IMG/VR virus record: IMGVR_UViG_3300035698_014689
Coordinates: 30,887 to 94,886 of that record
DNA from: a virus
Reading direction: 5' to 3' (one strand)
Length of the DNA: 64,000 bases
The position numbers were made by a program, and so were the translations under genes. This document shows, in pieces, positions 9,523 through 18,741 of the stretch. The notes beneath the pieces are model-generated. The model was not told the origin of the DNA. It worked only from the letters and a program-made list of their open reading frames with translations, and ran no database searches. Each line of letters starts with the position of its first letter. Within the stretch, counting starts at the first letter, position 1.

Positions 9523-12486
9523 TCATCCCGTCAATGTCCTGAATGCTTTCAATACCGTATCCGTACTTAGTTTCTCCATGCACTCTACTTTACAGTCGCT
9601 CTTAACCAAGTCCTTTTTGACTGATCCCCAGCAGTGGCAATCGTGCTCTGACTCAACGTTCACCAGCGTGTCATAAGAGGACAACCACGCCTTACTGCTT
9701 CCCCCGAATAGTGCCACTGTGGGCTTATCCAAAGCGAAAGCCAGATGAATCGCTAAAGTGTCAACGCTAACAACATACTGCATAGACTCGATATTTTCAA
9801 CCAATTCTTTGAAGTTTTTTGATCTTTTATCCTTCAGACCCCGTATCAAAGGCGTTTTGGCTAATCCTAATTGATGACAGGTGAACCCGTCCGCTTTCAG
9901 TCTCCTCGCTAATTCCAGCCATTTGGACTTGGGCCACTCTTTTATTCGTCGATCAGCATCTTGGTTCATTTGCATGAAGAAGCCAACGCTTTTCTCCAAA
10001 GGCGTGGCGGAAATACGTTTTGGCAGATCAGAGATTGAACCACCCATTCCATTGACTATATGAACCTTCTGCTCCCAGCAACCGTTGTAATCCACTGGAA
10101 TCTCCAAAGAGTCCTGAAGCGGATCAACGGACACCGATACATTATCCAAGAACATCTTGACGATCTCAAAACAGCCTTCACGTGTTTGATAATTTATCTT
10201 GGCTAAAGGGAAAAATTCCTGTGTCTTTTTAACGAGGGCGAAGGACATATAAATATCTCCAGCTCCATACTCACGATGGAAGTTCACCCGCCCTTTTCGA
10301 TAAGCCTCGGGATAAGAATCACCAAGTGTTTTCCGTATCAATTGGCGATACTTCGGAATGACAGAATCAATCGTACATTCCGCCATAACTTTTCTTTGCA
10401 GTTTGATGCCGTCAGTCTTCCTTATACGTGTGATTTCACTCCGTAAGGAGTCCAAGACAGGCATCCCAGCTTGCGACTCCACAAACCTCATTTCCTTCTC
10501 GAAAAAGATGGGAAGCGCACCAACTTTTGTGGCGATGACAGGAACGCCAAAATATCCAGCCTCAAGACAGACCATAGGAAAGCCCTCTTCCCTTGACAAA
10601 ACAACGAGTGCGTCAATGCTTTTAAAGAACGTTCCAATATTGCGGCTTCTCGGCAGAAATTTAACTCTATCCGCATAACCTCCATCCTTGGCTATATTCT
10701 CAAGTAAAGTCAGGGAAATTTCATCGGTCTCCATTCCCTGCACGACAAGATTGCAATCAAGTGCACTCATGTTCTCTACAAGCCAACGGACGTTTTTATT
10801 GTAATCAAATCGTCCTAAGAAGCCTATCGTCGTGCCTTTCTCAAACATCTTTTTACTCTCGCCTGAAAAGGCCGTTACTGGCAGAGGATTCGGAATAAAG
10901 ATAGACTCGGGAATCTTCTCACTTATAACAGGGGACACACAGGTCGTGGAGTCGATAACGTCTCTCCACTTCTCAGTGAATTTCACGCCCTCCTCGTCAT
11001 AGTGAGTATGAACTACCCTGATTGATAAGGGTCTGAGATTTCTCATTGTCTTCAATGAGATGGGAATCGCTTCATTCATACCATACCACAGAACAGCATC
11101 CTGCTTCTCGAACTCATCAGTTGCCAGTTCAGAGCCACCTTTGAAGATAACGTTGTCAAAACGACTCAGGAGCTCCTCCTTGATTGACATCTGTTTTCTT
11201 GGTTCGATCGAATCAAAGGCGATCACGGTAACATCAAAGAACTTCTTCAGGCCCTCGGCGATCGTCATCATGCAGGTCTCCCCTCCACCTAGAACCATAT
11301 GAGGGAAAACGACAGCTATCTTCTGAACCCGCTTAATAAAATTCAAATCTCTTTGGCGACTACTCTTCAAAGGCTGGCCCTTACGATCTTGGAACCACTG
11401 AGACTCGTGCTCAATAGGCCCGACCGTTCCCTTAATGGCTTGAACCACATCCTGAGGACTTATCGACAGCATACAGGAGTAACCGTTATTGCAATCGGAA
11501 GGCCTCCTCCTTCGACAACCCACACAATCAAAGCTGGACTTCAGCGGATGAACAGTAGCGTACCTTCCAGCAACAGCATGAGGACTTGAAGGGCCAAACA
11601 AAGCAATCGTCTCCAGTCCGATCATTCCAGCAAGATGCAGAAAACAGCTATCAACGCAGACGAAATAATTGCAGACAAACATTAAACGAACCTGCTCAAG
11701 AACGCTGAAACCAGTGCAGTCCACAACACCCTCTAATCCGAGACTATCCTGACCGAAAACAAGCACTTCGAAATCACTCCTCTTAACAATCTCTATGAAC
11801 GCCCTCCAATTTTCCGCTGACCAGTCTCTGTGCAAAGCGGAGGATTTCGGATGTATTCCAATCACTTTTCTCTTTCCAAAATTGTGAGCTATCTCCAGCG
11901 TCTTGTCCAATGTTCTAGGCATGTTTATAGGAACCTTGGCGACTGGACAGTTATCAAGCCCTACCATCTGATACGCTCGTTCGTAATAATCGTGACCTGT
12001 GATTGTTTTATCCGTCTCAATCATAAAATCGGACAAGTCCAAAATCATATCAAACTGATCTTGGAAACGCACGTCGTTAGTTCGCTGTATGTCAACGAAT
12101 TCATCGACAAAGGGGAATAATGGGGTGAAGGGTATAAAACTCTCACAAACGGCTAATACGACTCTGCATTCGACCTTTTTCAGGTATCGTACAACAGAGG
12201 TCACAATCAGAGTGTCTCCAATCCCACCAGCATTCTTAACGAGGATCGTCATCTTATGCCAATTTTTTGGTAAGGTTCTAAACACGTCCATAGGAGGCTT
12301 CGAGAATCCCTCAAGAAGTGTTTCCCCTTCAGAGGCTGGCTCGATAACTTCAATGAATTTACCTGTGAGTAAAAGCTTTCTTCCCTCGGGGGAACTGACC
12401 TCAGTGGGCTCCGCATCGTCCAAACTGAGAACCTGCTTGGTGAAAGGCGTAGTATATCCTGATGCTCCAACTAGACGAATTAACAT
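9523..12486 (-). CDS. Triple-domain glycosyltransferase (GT9-GT4-GT9) with a short N-terminal YqbF-like domain
   Basis: GT9 #1: GGIGD, RDWSAENW, VDSCFLHLA, LFGPS. GT4: LGGGE, GFLGRF...KN, EEGFPMVCLEA. GT9 #2: GAGD, KEWP...W, VDTLAIHLA, LFGGS. Confidence 0.9.
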   Translation of the reverse strand: MLIRLVGASGYTTPFTKQVLSLDDAEPTEVSSPEGRKLLLTGKFIEVIEPASEGETLLEGFSKPPMDVFRTLPKNWHKMTILVKNAGGIGDTLIVTSVVRYLKKVECRVVLAVCESFIPFTPLFPFVDEFVDIQRTNDVRFQDQFDMILDLSDFMIETDKTITGHDYYERAYQMVGLDNCPVAKVPINMPRTLDKTLEIAHNFGKRKVIGIHPKSSALHRDWSAENWRAFIEIVKRSDFEVLVFGQDSLGLEGVVDCTGFSVLEQVRLMFVCNYFVCVDSCFLHLAGMIGLETIALFGPSSPHAVAGRYATVHPLKSSFDCVGCRRRRPSDCNNGYSCMLSISPQDVVQAIKGTVGPIEHESQWFQDRKGQPLKSSRQRDLNFIKRVQKIAVVFPHMVLGGGETCMMTIAEGLKKFFDVTVIAFDSIEPRKQMSIKEELLSRFDNVIFKGGSELATDEFEKQDAVLWYGMNEAIPISLKTMRNLRPLSIRVVHTHYDEEGVKFTEKWRDVIDSTTCVSPVISEKIPESIFIPNPLPVTAFSGESKKMFEKGTTIGFLGRFDYNKNVRWLVENMSALDCNLVVQGMETDEISLTLLENIAKDGGYADRVKFLPRSRNIGTFFKSIDALVVLSREEGFPMVCLEAGYFGVPVIATKVGALPIFFEKEMRFVESQAGMPVLDSLRSEITRIRKTDGIKLQRKVMAECTIDSVIPKYRQLIRKTLGDSYPEAYRKGRVNFHREYGAGDIYMSFALVKKTQEFFPLAKINYQTREGCFEIVKMFLDNVSVSVDPLQDSLEIPVDYNGCWEQKVHIVNGMGGSISDLPKRISATPLEKSVGFFMQMNQDADRRIKEWPKSKWLELARRLKADGFTCHQLGLAKTPLIRGLKDKRSKNFKELVENIESMQYVVSVDTLAIHLAFALDKPTVALFGGSSKAWLSSYDTLVNVESEHDCHCWGSVKKDLVKSDCKVECMEKLSTDTVLKAFRTLTG

Positions 12487-12557
12487 TTCAGTCTCCTATT
12501 TCATTATCCGTTACTTACCATTCATTAAGAATAACACACAACTTTTAAAATACAAAT

Positions 12558-12590
12558 AAAAAAGCCCCTCTTTCCGAAGAAAGAAGGGCT
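12558..12590 (-). terminator. Intrinsic terminator after the major capsid gene
   Basis: AGCCCTTCTTTC-TTCG-GAAAGAGGGGCT followed by a T run (cUUCGg loop). Confidence 0.9.
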
Positions 12591-12614
12591 GAACCAAGGT
12601 AGAGAGATTCACAC

Positions 12615-13610
12615 TTATCCAGCGTAGTCCGTTCCAGACTCGGAAACGTTATGCGCTATTACACACATATCTCTGTTCTCGACTTGGAAGTCCGCACGGA
12701 AGTGGATTGTAACTTCCCACATATCTTTACGAGGCTGACGATCCCACTCAATCGTGATGTCACGCTGAATGAAATAAATCAGGTTCTGCAAAGGTGTCAG
12801 GATTATCTTCGTTCCATCGGAGACAGATGTTCCGATCGAAAGGTCTTCAGGCATCAACGGAACGTCCACCATCGGAATTCCAAGAGGACTCCGATTAACG
12901 TTACCCTGAGTAGCTGTATCACCAGCTCCAGTCTCAACTTCCGATATGTCCCACATCCACTTGTCATACACTGACGTAGGAGTCAGGAAACGATAAGCGG
13001 GCTTCGCAACACGATAGCGTGATGGAATCTTGCGCTTCATGTCATAGAAGAGCTTCTTGGAGGAAGCTTTCCCACCAGCATTGATCTGCTGTGCGGCAGG
13101 CGTATTGTCGGTCAGTATCTTGACGATACCATCATTCGGGCCGAGAAGGTTATTCTCTTTCGATTGCAGATCACCAGTGGTGAGAGACTCATCACCTTCG
13201 ATAAACGCCATCTCACTGTCGATGGAGATACGCTTCGAGAACATTGTCAGGAGCGTGTCACGAATGCTACGCCCTTCCAAGTTGTCCTCAGTGAAGTCGG
13301 TGGTCAAATCAAACGCAGAACGGTACTTCTCAGTACTGTAATGAATCTTACTCTCAGACGGCACATTCGTCGTGACGGAAGTAGTGGTATCAGCACCCTC
13401 TGTCACGATGTTACCGAGATCAAGTTTATTTATGTCACCTTTCTGATGATTGATTCTGCGAGTACGAACCTTTTTGATAAGGGTCGAAGTATCGATAACG
13501 AGATCGATGAAACGGTTCGCTTGCTGGGTATTCAGAACGGAGTTGGGAAGGTTTGCTTCGTCAATCTCGCTCTTCGTCATCAACTTGTTCACATCTAGTT
13601 TGTCGCTCAT
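12615..13610 (-). CDS. Major capsid protein (HK97 fold, PBSX XkdG-like)
   Basis: 331 aa; LNTQQANRFID, EDNLEG, GIPMVDVPLMP and ILTP.QNL motifs. Confidence 0.92.
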   Translation of the reverse strand: MSDKLDVNKLMTKSEIDEANLPNSVLNTQQANRFIDLVIDTSTLIKKVRTRRINHQKGDINKLDLGNIVTEGADTTTSVTTNVPSESKIHYSTEKYRSAFDLTTDFTEDNLEGRSIRDTLLTMFSKRISIDSEMAFIEGDESLTTGDLQSKENNLLGPNDGIVKILTDNTPAAQQINAGGKASSKKLFYDMKRKIPSRYRVAKPAYRFLTPTSVYDKWMWDISEVETGAGDTATQGNVNRSPLGIPMVDVPLMPEDLSIGTSVSDGTKIILTPLQNLIYFIQRDITIEWDRQPRKDMWEVTIHFRADFQVENRDMCVIAHNVSESGTDYAG

Positions 13611-13668
13611 TTTTCAGTCCTCTTTTTCAAGTTTAAAATCACACATTCATTCGACGATCAGCCCTCTG

Positions 13669-15645
13669 TTAAAAAGGCCACGTATCCGAGAAGACATCAT
13701 TCTTGGATTTCGAAACGACTGGAGGAGTGTTATCCTCTTCCCGTGCGTCATCACCAACAACGGTTTTCTTCATCTCCTGCATCTCCTCAGTCACATCTTG
13801 CAGACCTTTAGAGAGCGTTGTCAACGCACCCAAGAAAGCCCCATGTTCTTGCCCTGCGGGAGTTCCCAGAGATTTCACCAACTCAGTCGCTGGCACATCC
13901 TCGGTCACTTCTTTCTTGGCATCCACTGATTTCGTCTCGGGCTCAGGGATAGGCTCAGTCTTCGTTTCCGTTTTCAATTTCGTATCTGTTTCCTTACTGA
14001 TGACTTCGGGAGTTTCCCCAGCTTCCTTCATCGCAGTCGTGTTAGAATCCCTTCCACCAGTATTAGCGGGGAGAGTCTGACCTGACGGAGCAGGAGCTGA
14101 CGGTTTCTCTTCTAAAAGGGCATCTTCCTTTTTAAGAGTCAAACTTTCATCCATAAGACCCGCTGAGTTCGCCATTTTAGCAATCTCGGGTTTTATGGCA
14201 TCAAGTACTTGAGCGGCGACTGTCTTACCCATTTCAGTAAGAACGGTTTGATGATCAGCGGCTTTGATCTGCGCCTGCTCTGTCGTTAGAATCACACAAA
14301 GCTCTTTCACGAGATTCTGAAGGTCAGGAACCTCATTTGGTGCATCCCAGACAGCCTCTTCAAAAGCACTGAAAGATTTGAAGATTTCTGCTACACGCGA
14401 CCACTTGGTGCTATTCATTATATCCAACTGCTCAGTCACGCCTTTCGCCACGGGCTCCTTAGCAGGTACGTCATCCGTTTTTTCCGCAGAACCCTCGGCC
14501 TCTTTTTTCTCGGACTCCTCAATGGGCTCTTTTTTTGGTTTTTCCGCATCCTTCGTTTCAGGAGAGGTTTTCGTCTCTTTTTTAGCCGCTGTTTCCTTGG
14601 CGGGAGTTGCCTCAGTTTCAGTCTCAGCGGATTTCGTTTCAGGAGTCGTTACTGCTTCTTTTACCGTCACAGAAGATTCCTGACCGTCCTTCGTCTTTTT
14701 GTTCGCCATTTCTTGACTCCTTTGTTCTAACATTTCCAAATCCTGTAAAAACTTAATCCTTTCGGAGAACTCTCCGTGGGATTTCATCATACCATCCGTG
14801 ATTTCTTTCCCTACTATTAACTGTACTCCCGTCGCCATTTGCATGGATAACAGAGGGCACTCCTCATCAAAACACTCTTTCTTCAAATTAGTGTGAACCA
14901 ATTCCCCGCCAGTTTTATCGACAGCGACGGACGAAGAAAAAGAATGATCAGCCAGCCATGTCTTCGCAGTTGCCTGCTCAAAAATAGTCGGCGAAAATCT
15001 GATCTGATGTATACTCAACAAGTCGATTGACGTTTGCTTCTCATATTTCATTAAGTCCGAACCGAACTGAACGCCCTTGGCAATTTCAAAAGTAGAGGCG
15101 AAATTGTCAGGAATATGAACTAGGGAACACTCCCACAGGTCAATCGTCTTAGTTACGAATTTTTCCACCCCTCCAATAACAACTTTGGCTATTGAAGCGA
15201 GCCCTCTCCATGAGAACGTATTCAGAGTACCATTCTCAACCTCTTTCCATACCTCGGGAATAGTAACTTGGGCTTTGACCCAAAGGCCCCGACTTCCCAC
15301 TACAACGTCAGGACTTATTTCTTTGGAAAAAGTATCAATCGGAGAGCCGTCTTCTAAAGATATTCCCCACACGTCATCGGAGTCAATATCAACTATCTTT
15401 GCGACGGACGCTTGAGTGACAAGGCCTATGTTCACGTCGTTACCATTTTCATCTATCCACTTCTTGTGATTTCTTTGCAGTTGCGGATTGACCATAAAGC
15501 GGTCTAATAGGAAAGATTCAGGAGCAATTAAGTCCTGAGAACGGTCTGCGTTATTCATAGAAGCAAATCCTTTGACGATGTTGTTTCCTTCATCATCAAC
15601 GGCTTTTTGCATGATCGCATGGAACGTGAACGGTTGTCTAATCAT
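13669..15645 (-). CDS. Prohead protease fused to a long acidic scaffold-like region
   Basis: VKGFAS...DRSQD, NH, TFSW and ECSLV HK97-type protease motifs, then E/K/T/P-rich low complexity. Confidence 0.88.
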   Translation of the reverse strand: MIRQPFTFHAIMQKAVDDEGNNIVKGFASMNNADRSQDLIAPESFLLDRFMVNPQLQRNHKKWIDENGNDVNIGLVTQASVAKIVDIDSDDVWGISLEDGSPIDTFSKEISPDVVVGSRGLWVKAQVTIPEVWKEVENGTLNTFSWRGLASIAKVVIGGVEKFVTKTIDLWECSLVHIPDNFASTFEIAKGVQFGSDLMKYEKQTSIDLLSIHQIRFSPTIFEQATAKTWLADHSFSSSVAVDKTGGELVHTNLKKECFDEECPLLSMQMATGVQLIVGKEITDGMMKSHGEFSERIKFLQDLEMLEQRSQEMANKKTKDGQESSVTVKEAVTTPETKSAETETEATPAKETAAKKETKTSPETKDAEKPKKEPIEESEKKEAEGSAEKTDDVPAKEPVAKGVTEQLDIMNSTKWSRVAEIFKSFSAFEEAVWDAPNEVPDLQNLVKELCVILTTEQAQIKAADHQTVLTEMGKTVAAQVLDAIKPEIAKMANSAGLMDESLTLKKEDALLEEKPSAPAPSGQTLPANTGGRDSNTTAMKEAGETPEVISKETDTKLKTETKTEPIPEPETKSVDAKKEVTEDVPATELVKSLGTPAGQEHGAFLGALTTLSKGLQDVTEEMQEMKKTVVGDDAREEDNTPPVVSKSKNDVFSDTWPF

Positions 15646-15671
15646 AGTCTCCCTCTAATTATAACACTTCA

Positions 15672-15700
15672 ATTATACCACCTCTTTGGAGAAAAACAAG
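15672..15700 (-). promoter_or_regulatory. Putative promoter for protease/capsid genes
   Basis: CTTGTT-17 nt-TATAAT with extended -10 TGn. Confidence 0.65.
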
Positions 15701-15829
15701 TCGCCTCAATAAAAATACTGTAATTGCACTTTGAACAAAAACAAGCGGAAAAATGAAAAAACCTTGAAATCAGTGCAACCAAGTGCACTTCTGGTATCAT
15801 GTCTAAAGTCAAAACAAAACCAAATTCTT

Positions 15830-16045
15830 TCACCTCTTTCCAAATAATGCGTGTCTTTTAGCGGTGACTTCCATATCAAAATCAATATAAGAAGTCAACG
15901 TCCAATAATCAAAAATAGCTCGCAATTCACTGACAATCTCTTTTATACTCAATTCATAATAAACACCTCGATACTCAGGAATCATTCTATGAACAAAAAA
16001 ATCTCTTTCCTCCCCTTTTTCAGGCTTTCTCCAATCATTTAACAT
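15830..16045 (-). CDS. Hypothetical protein
   Basis: 71 aa; overlaps the MuF stop codon. Confidence 0.55.
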   Translation of the reverse strand: MLNDWRKPEKGEERDFFVHRMIPEYRGVYYELSIKEIVSELRAIFDYWTLTSYIDFDMEVTAKRHALFGKR

Positions 16046-18740
16046 ATAAAACCTCCTTAACTACCCATTCTTTCTCTGGAAATGGGGTTGGAAATACTCG
16101 ATGGCTAATCAAAACATCATCTAGTTTGACCTCTACATTATATTTAAAAATCTTCTCCCCTTTCTGAGCTACTTTAGCCGCTTGAGTAGAACCACCACTA
16201 AATTCAGAGACTCCTATTCCTCCTACCTTCTTAACTACTAAACCTAAATGGCCCTCCGTATCTGCTCTACCAAGTATTCCAATATCTCCATACATCTGTG
16301 AAAATACTTTCTGCGATGTATCCTGCATCAACGATGCCGCTAATCTGAATTTCTCACCATGCGCACCATCAAGTGCCGCTTCAAAAATCTTCAAAGAACT
16401 ATGACTGGCATCATCACCAAAATAATTCTGCAAATTAAAACTCTTAGCATAATTCGTCGGATGAACCTTATACGCCAATCCTTCAGGAACCCACGAAGCT
16501 GTTACATTATAATCATTCCCATATACAGTCCACTCCCCTTTAAAACCTTCAATATAATCGTCCCATCCTTTCTGTTTCGCATAAGTAGACGCTTCAGCTC
16601 TTGTTGCAAAGGATTTCGATTGCAAATGAGGATATGAAACATTCTCCGCACGTACCATTTTATCTATATCAGCAGTCCCATTAAGCAAATCGAATTCAGT
16701 GCCTACACCCAATTTTGATGCCTCTTCTCTCATCCCTGTTCTAAGGGCCTGAGCCGCACTATAAGATTGCTCCTCTGTTTCAGCCAAAGCCGTCTTATCA
16801 ATCAATCCATCCAATGGCGAAACCACAGGAATCATAATTCCACCTGCTGGCCCACCAGTCCACGGCTGTAAAACAAGAGCCGGATCACTTAAATCAGGCT
16901 CTTCCACACATCTGCAATTATGACTTATTACACCATTAGCAATATAACTAAAATTATCTTCAACATGAAAGTTATAGAGGGACTGAACCCTAGATGTTTT
17001 CTTATATTCAATACTTTTAATAGGAACCTCAATAAACTCATAAGCTCCTTCATGGTTCAAAGATAATAAAGACTGCTCATCTGATTCAATAAATTCATTT
17101 TTCCTCCCATATAACCTATGTACAATCACATGGTCGGGGAATGCACTTAAAATCTCCACATCTCTTTTATGTTGCTTCTCTTTATCCTGATGCCAATACC
17201 ATCCATCTATCTCTATAAACCTCTTTTCGGATGGAACATAAAAATCTACAAATCTATTCCCTACAGAAAACTGTTCCTGAAAAACAACACCGCTCTTAAC
17301 CAAGGAGTCACGAAACAAAACCTCAATTTTCGTGGGGCCTTTCTTATTCCAACATGCGGGCTTACCTATTTTCCATAAATCAGAGGCTTTCATATAACCC
17401 CCTTCTCCATACTTCTCAACCAAACATTTGCGAGCACGTAAAGTTATACCATCAGCGTCTCTTACTCCTGAAGCATATTCACTCTTTAATTGCTCAGTCG
17501 TTTTCTTAGATGTATTCTTTCGATGCTCAGGGTCCTTCCATTGATTAGAAGATGAGACATGACTTGAACAACTACGAGAACAATACTTGCGATAGTAGGG
17601 CATTTTCTTTCCACATAAAGGGCATCTACTTGCTCTCACATAAAGGACATCCTCAAGAGTCAGATTCTCAGCATTAACCCATCCCCCAGAAGTCAAGAAT
17701 GGATGCTCCTCAGTAACAACTAAACTATTAGAAGCATACTTATTCTTCTCTCCAAATTTAATCCTCACAATTGGACGACCACTAGGAATCTTATACTTTC
17801 CTAAATAAGTCTCAAGAACCCTCTTATATTCTCCTGAATGAGTTAATACCAAATTTCCTACTTGAATATCCTTAATCTGCTTCTTCCCTTCTGAAGTCCA
17901 AATACCTACCTGAGGGTCAATGAAGCAATTTATTGCATCCGGTCCGTCTCCTACGTGCATCGCACCACTAGGATAAGATTCGGCAATTGGAATAAAACCC
18001 ACGCTCTCATTGGCCTCGTGAGCGGGTCTGACACGCAAATCTCCCACAGTGAACCAACGTTTTCTCTCCACTCCAGAACGTTTGAACATCTCATAACGAG
18101 CCGTTCCAATAGCTGTCTGCACCTCTGTCTGCACAATCTTATACGCCCTTGCTGGATCAATACCCATCACCTCGATGACTTTCATCGTATCATAAACAGT
18201 ATCACCGTTCTTAAAAATACCAGTGGCAATCTTCGCCTGAGCATTGTGAACCATTGTGTCAGTTGTGATCTTTGCCATCTCCAAAGCTCGTTGATCTAAT
18301 TGCAGAATCAGCTCCTCGTCGGTCAGATCGAAAACGTAGGTGACTGGATCAGCCTTGCGTAGAACCCTCAAAGACTCAAAGGAGGAATCAATGCCAAATT
18401 CGAAGGCTTCCTCGTTCATTTCTCTCAAGAACTCTTTTACAGGCGTTGTGTCGGGATAATCAAAGGTCTTAAAGATGTCCTCGGCAAATTTCAGCCCTGC
18501 CTGCCTACGACTGGTTGGATTACGTATAACAGTGGACTCTTTATACGCCTCAAAGAACGCACGCTGTATTTTCAGCTGAAGTAATTGATCTGTGATAGGT
18601 TTCCACCACGAGGCGTATGTCTTCATAGTGGGAGGAATATAAGACCGTTCAAGCGTCATCCTCTCACCGCCAGTAGCAACCTTACTCAGCAAATAAAAAT
18701 GAATCTGCCGACGTATCTCATATTTCTCGGTACTATTCAT
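16035..18740 (-). CDS. Head morphogenesis protein (MuF/SPP1 gp7 family) with an intein and a C-terminal extension
   Basis: IVQTE, KRWFTVGDLRVRPAH and IN|CRC after intein removal. Confidence 0.9.
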   Translation of the reverse strand: MNSTEKYEIRRQIHFYLLSKVATGGERMTLERSYIPPTMKTYASWWKPITDQLLQLKIQRAFFEAYKESTVIRNPTSRRQAGLKFAEDIFKTFDYPDTTPVKEFLREMNEEAFEFGIDSSFESLRVLRKADPVTYVFDLTDEELILQLDQRALEMAKITTDTMVHNAQAKIATGIFKNGDTVYDTMKVIEVMGIDPARAYKIVQTEVQTAIGTARYEMFKRSGVERKRWFTVGDLRVRPAHEANESVGFIPIAESYPSGAMHVGDGPDAINCFIDPQVGIWTSEGKKQIKDIQVGNLVLTHSGEYKRVLETYLGKYKIPSGRPIVRIKFGEKNKYASNSLVVTEEHPFLTSGGWVNAENLTLEDVLYVRASRCPLCGKKMPYYRKYCSRSCSSHVSSSNQWKDPEHRKNTSKKTTEQLKSEYASGVRDADGITLRARKCLVEKYGEGGYMKASDLWKIGKPACWNKKGPTKIEVLFRDSLVKSGVVFQEQFSVGNRFVDFYVPSEKRFIEIDGWYWHQDKEKQHKRDVEILSAFPDHVIVHRLYGRKNEFIESDEQSLLSLNHEGAYEFIEVPIKSIEYKKTSRVQSLYNFHVEDNFSYIANGVISHNCRCVEEPDLSDPALVLQPWTGGPAGGIMIPVVSPLDGLIDKTALAETEEQSYSAAQALRTGMREEASKLGVGTEFDLLNGTADIDKMVRAENVSYPHLQSKSFATRAEASTYAKQKGWDDYIEGFKGEWTVYGNDYNVTASWVPEGLAYKVHPTNYAKSFNLQNYFGDDASHSSLKIFEAALDGAHGEKFRLAASLMQDTSQKVFSQMYGDIGILGRADTEGHLGLVVKKVGGIGVSEFSGGSTQAAKVAQKGEKIFKYNVEVKLDDVLISHRVFPTPFPEKEWVVKEVLYVK
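16917..17927 (-). mobile_element. Intein (337 aa) in MuF carrying a DUF559/Vsr-like endonuclease
   Basis: Starts CFIDP; block B VTEEHPF; ends ANGVISHN followed by C; internal FVDFY...IEIDGWYWH. Confidence 0.9.
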
Positions 18741-18741
18741 T

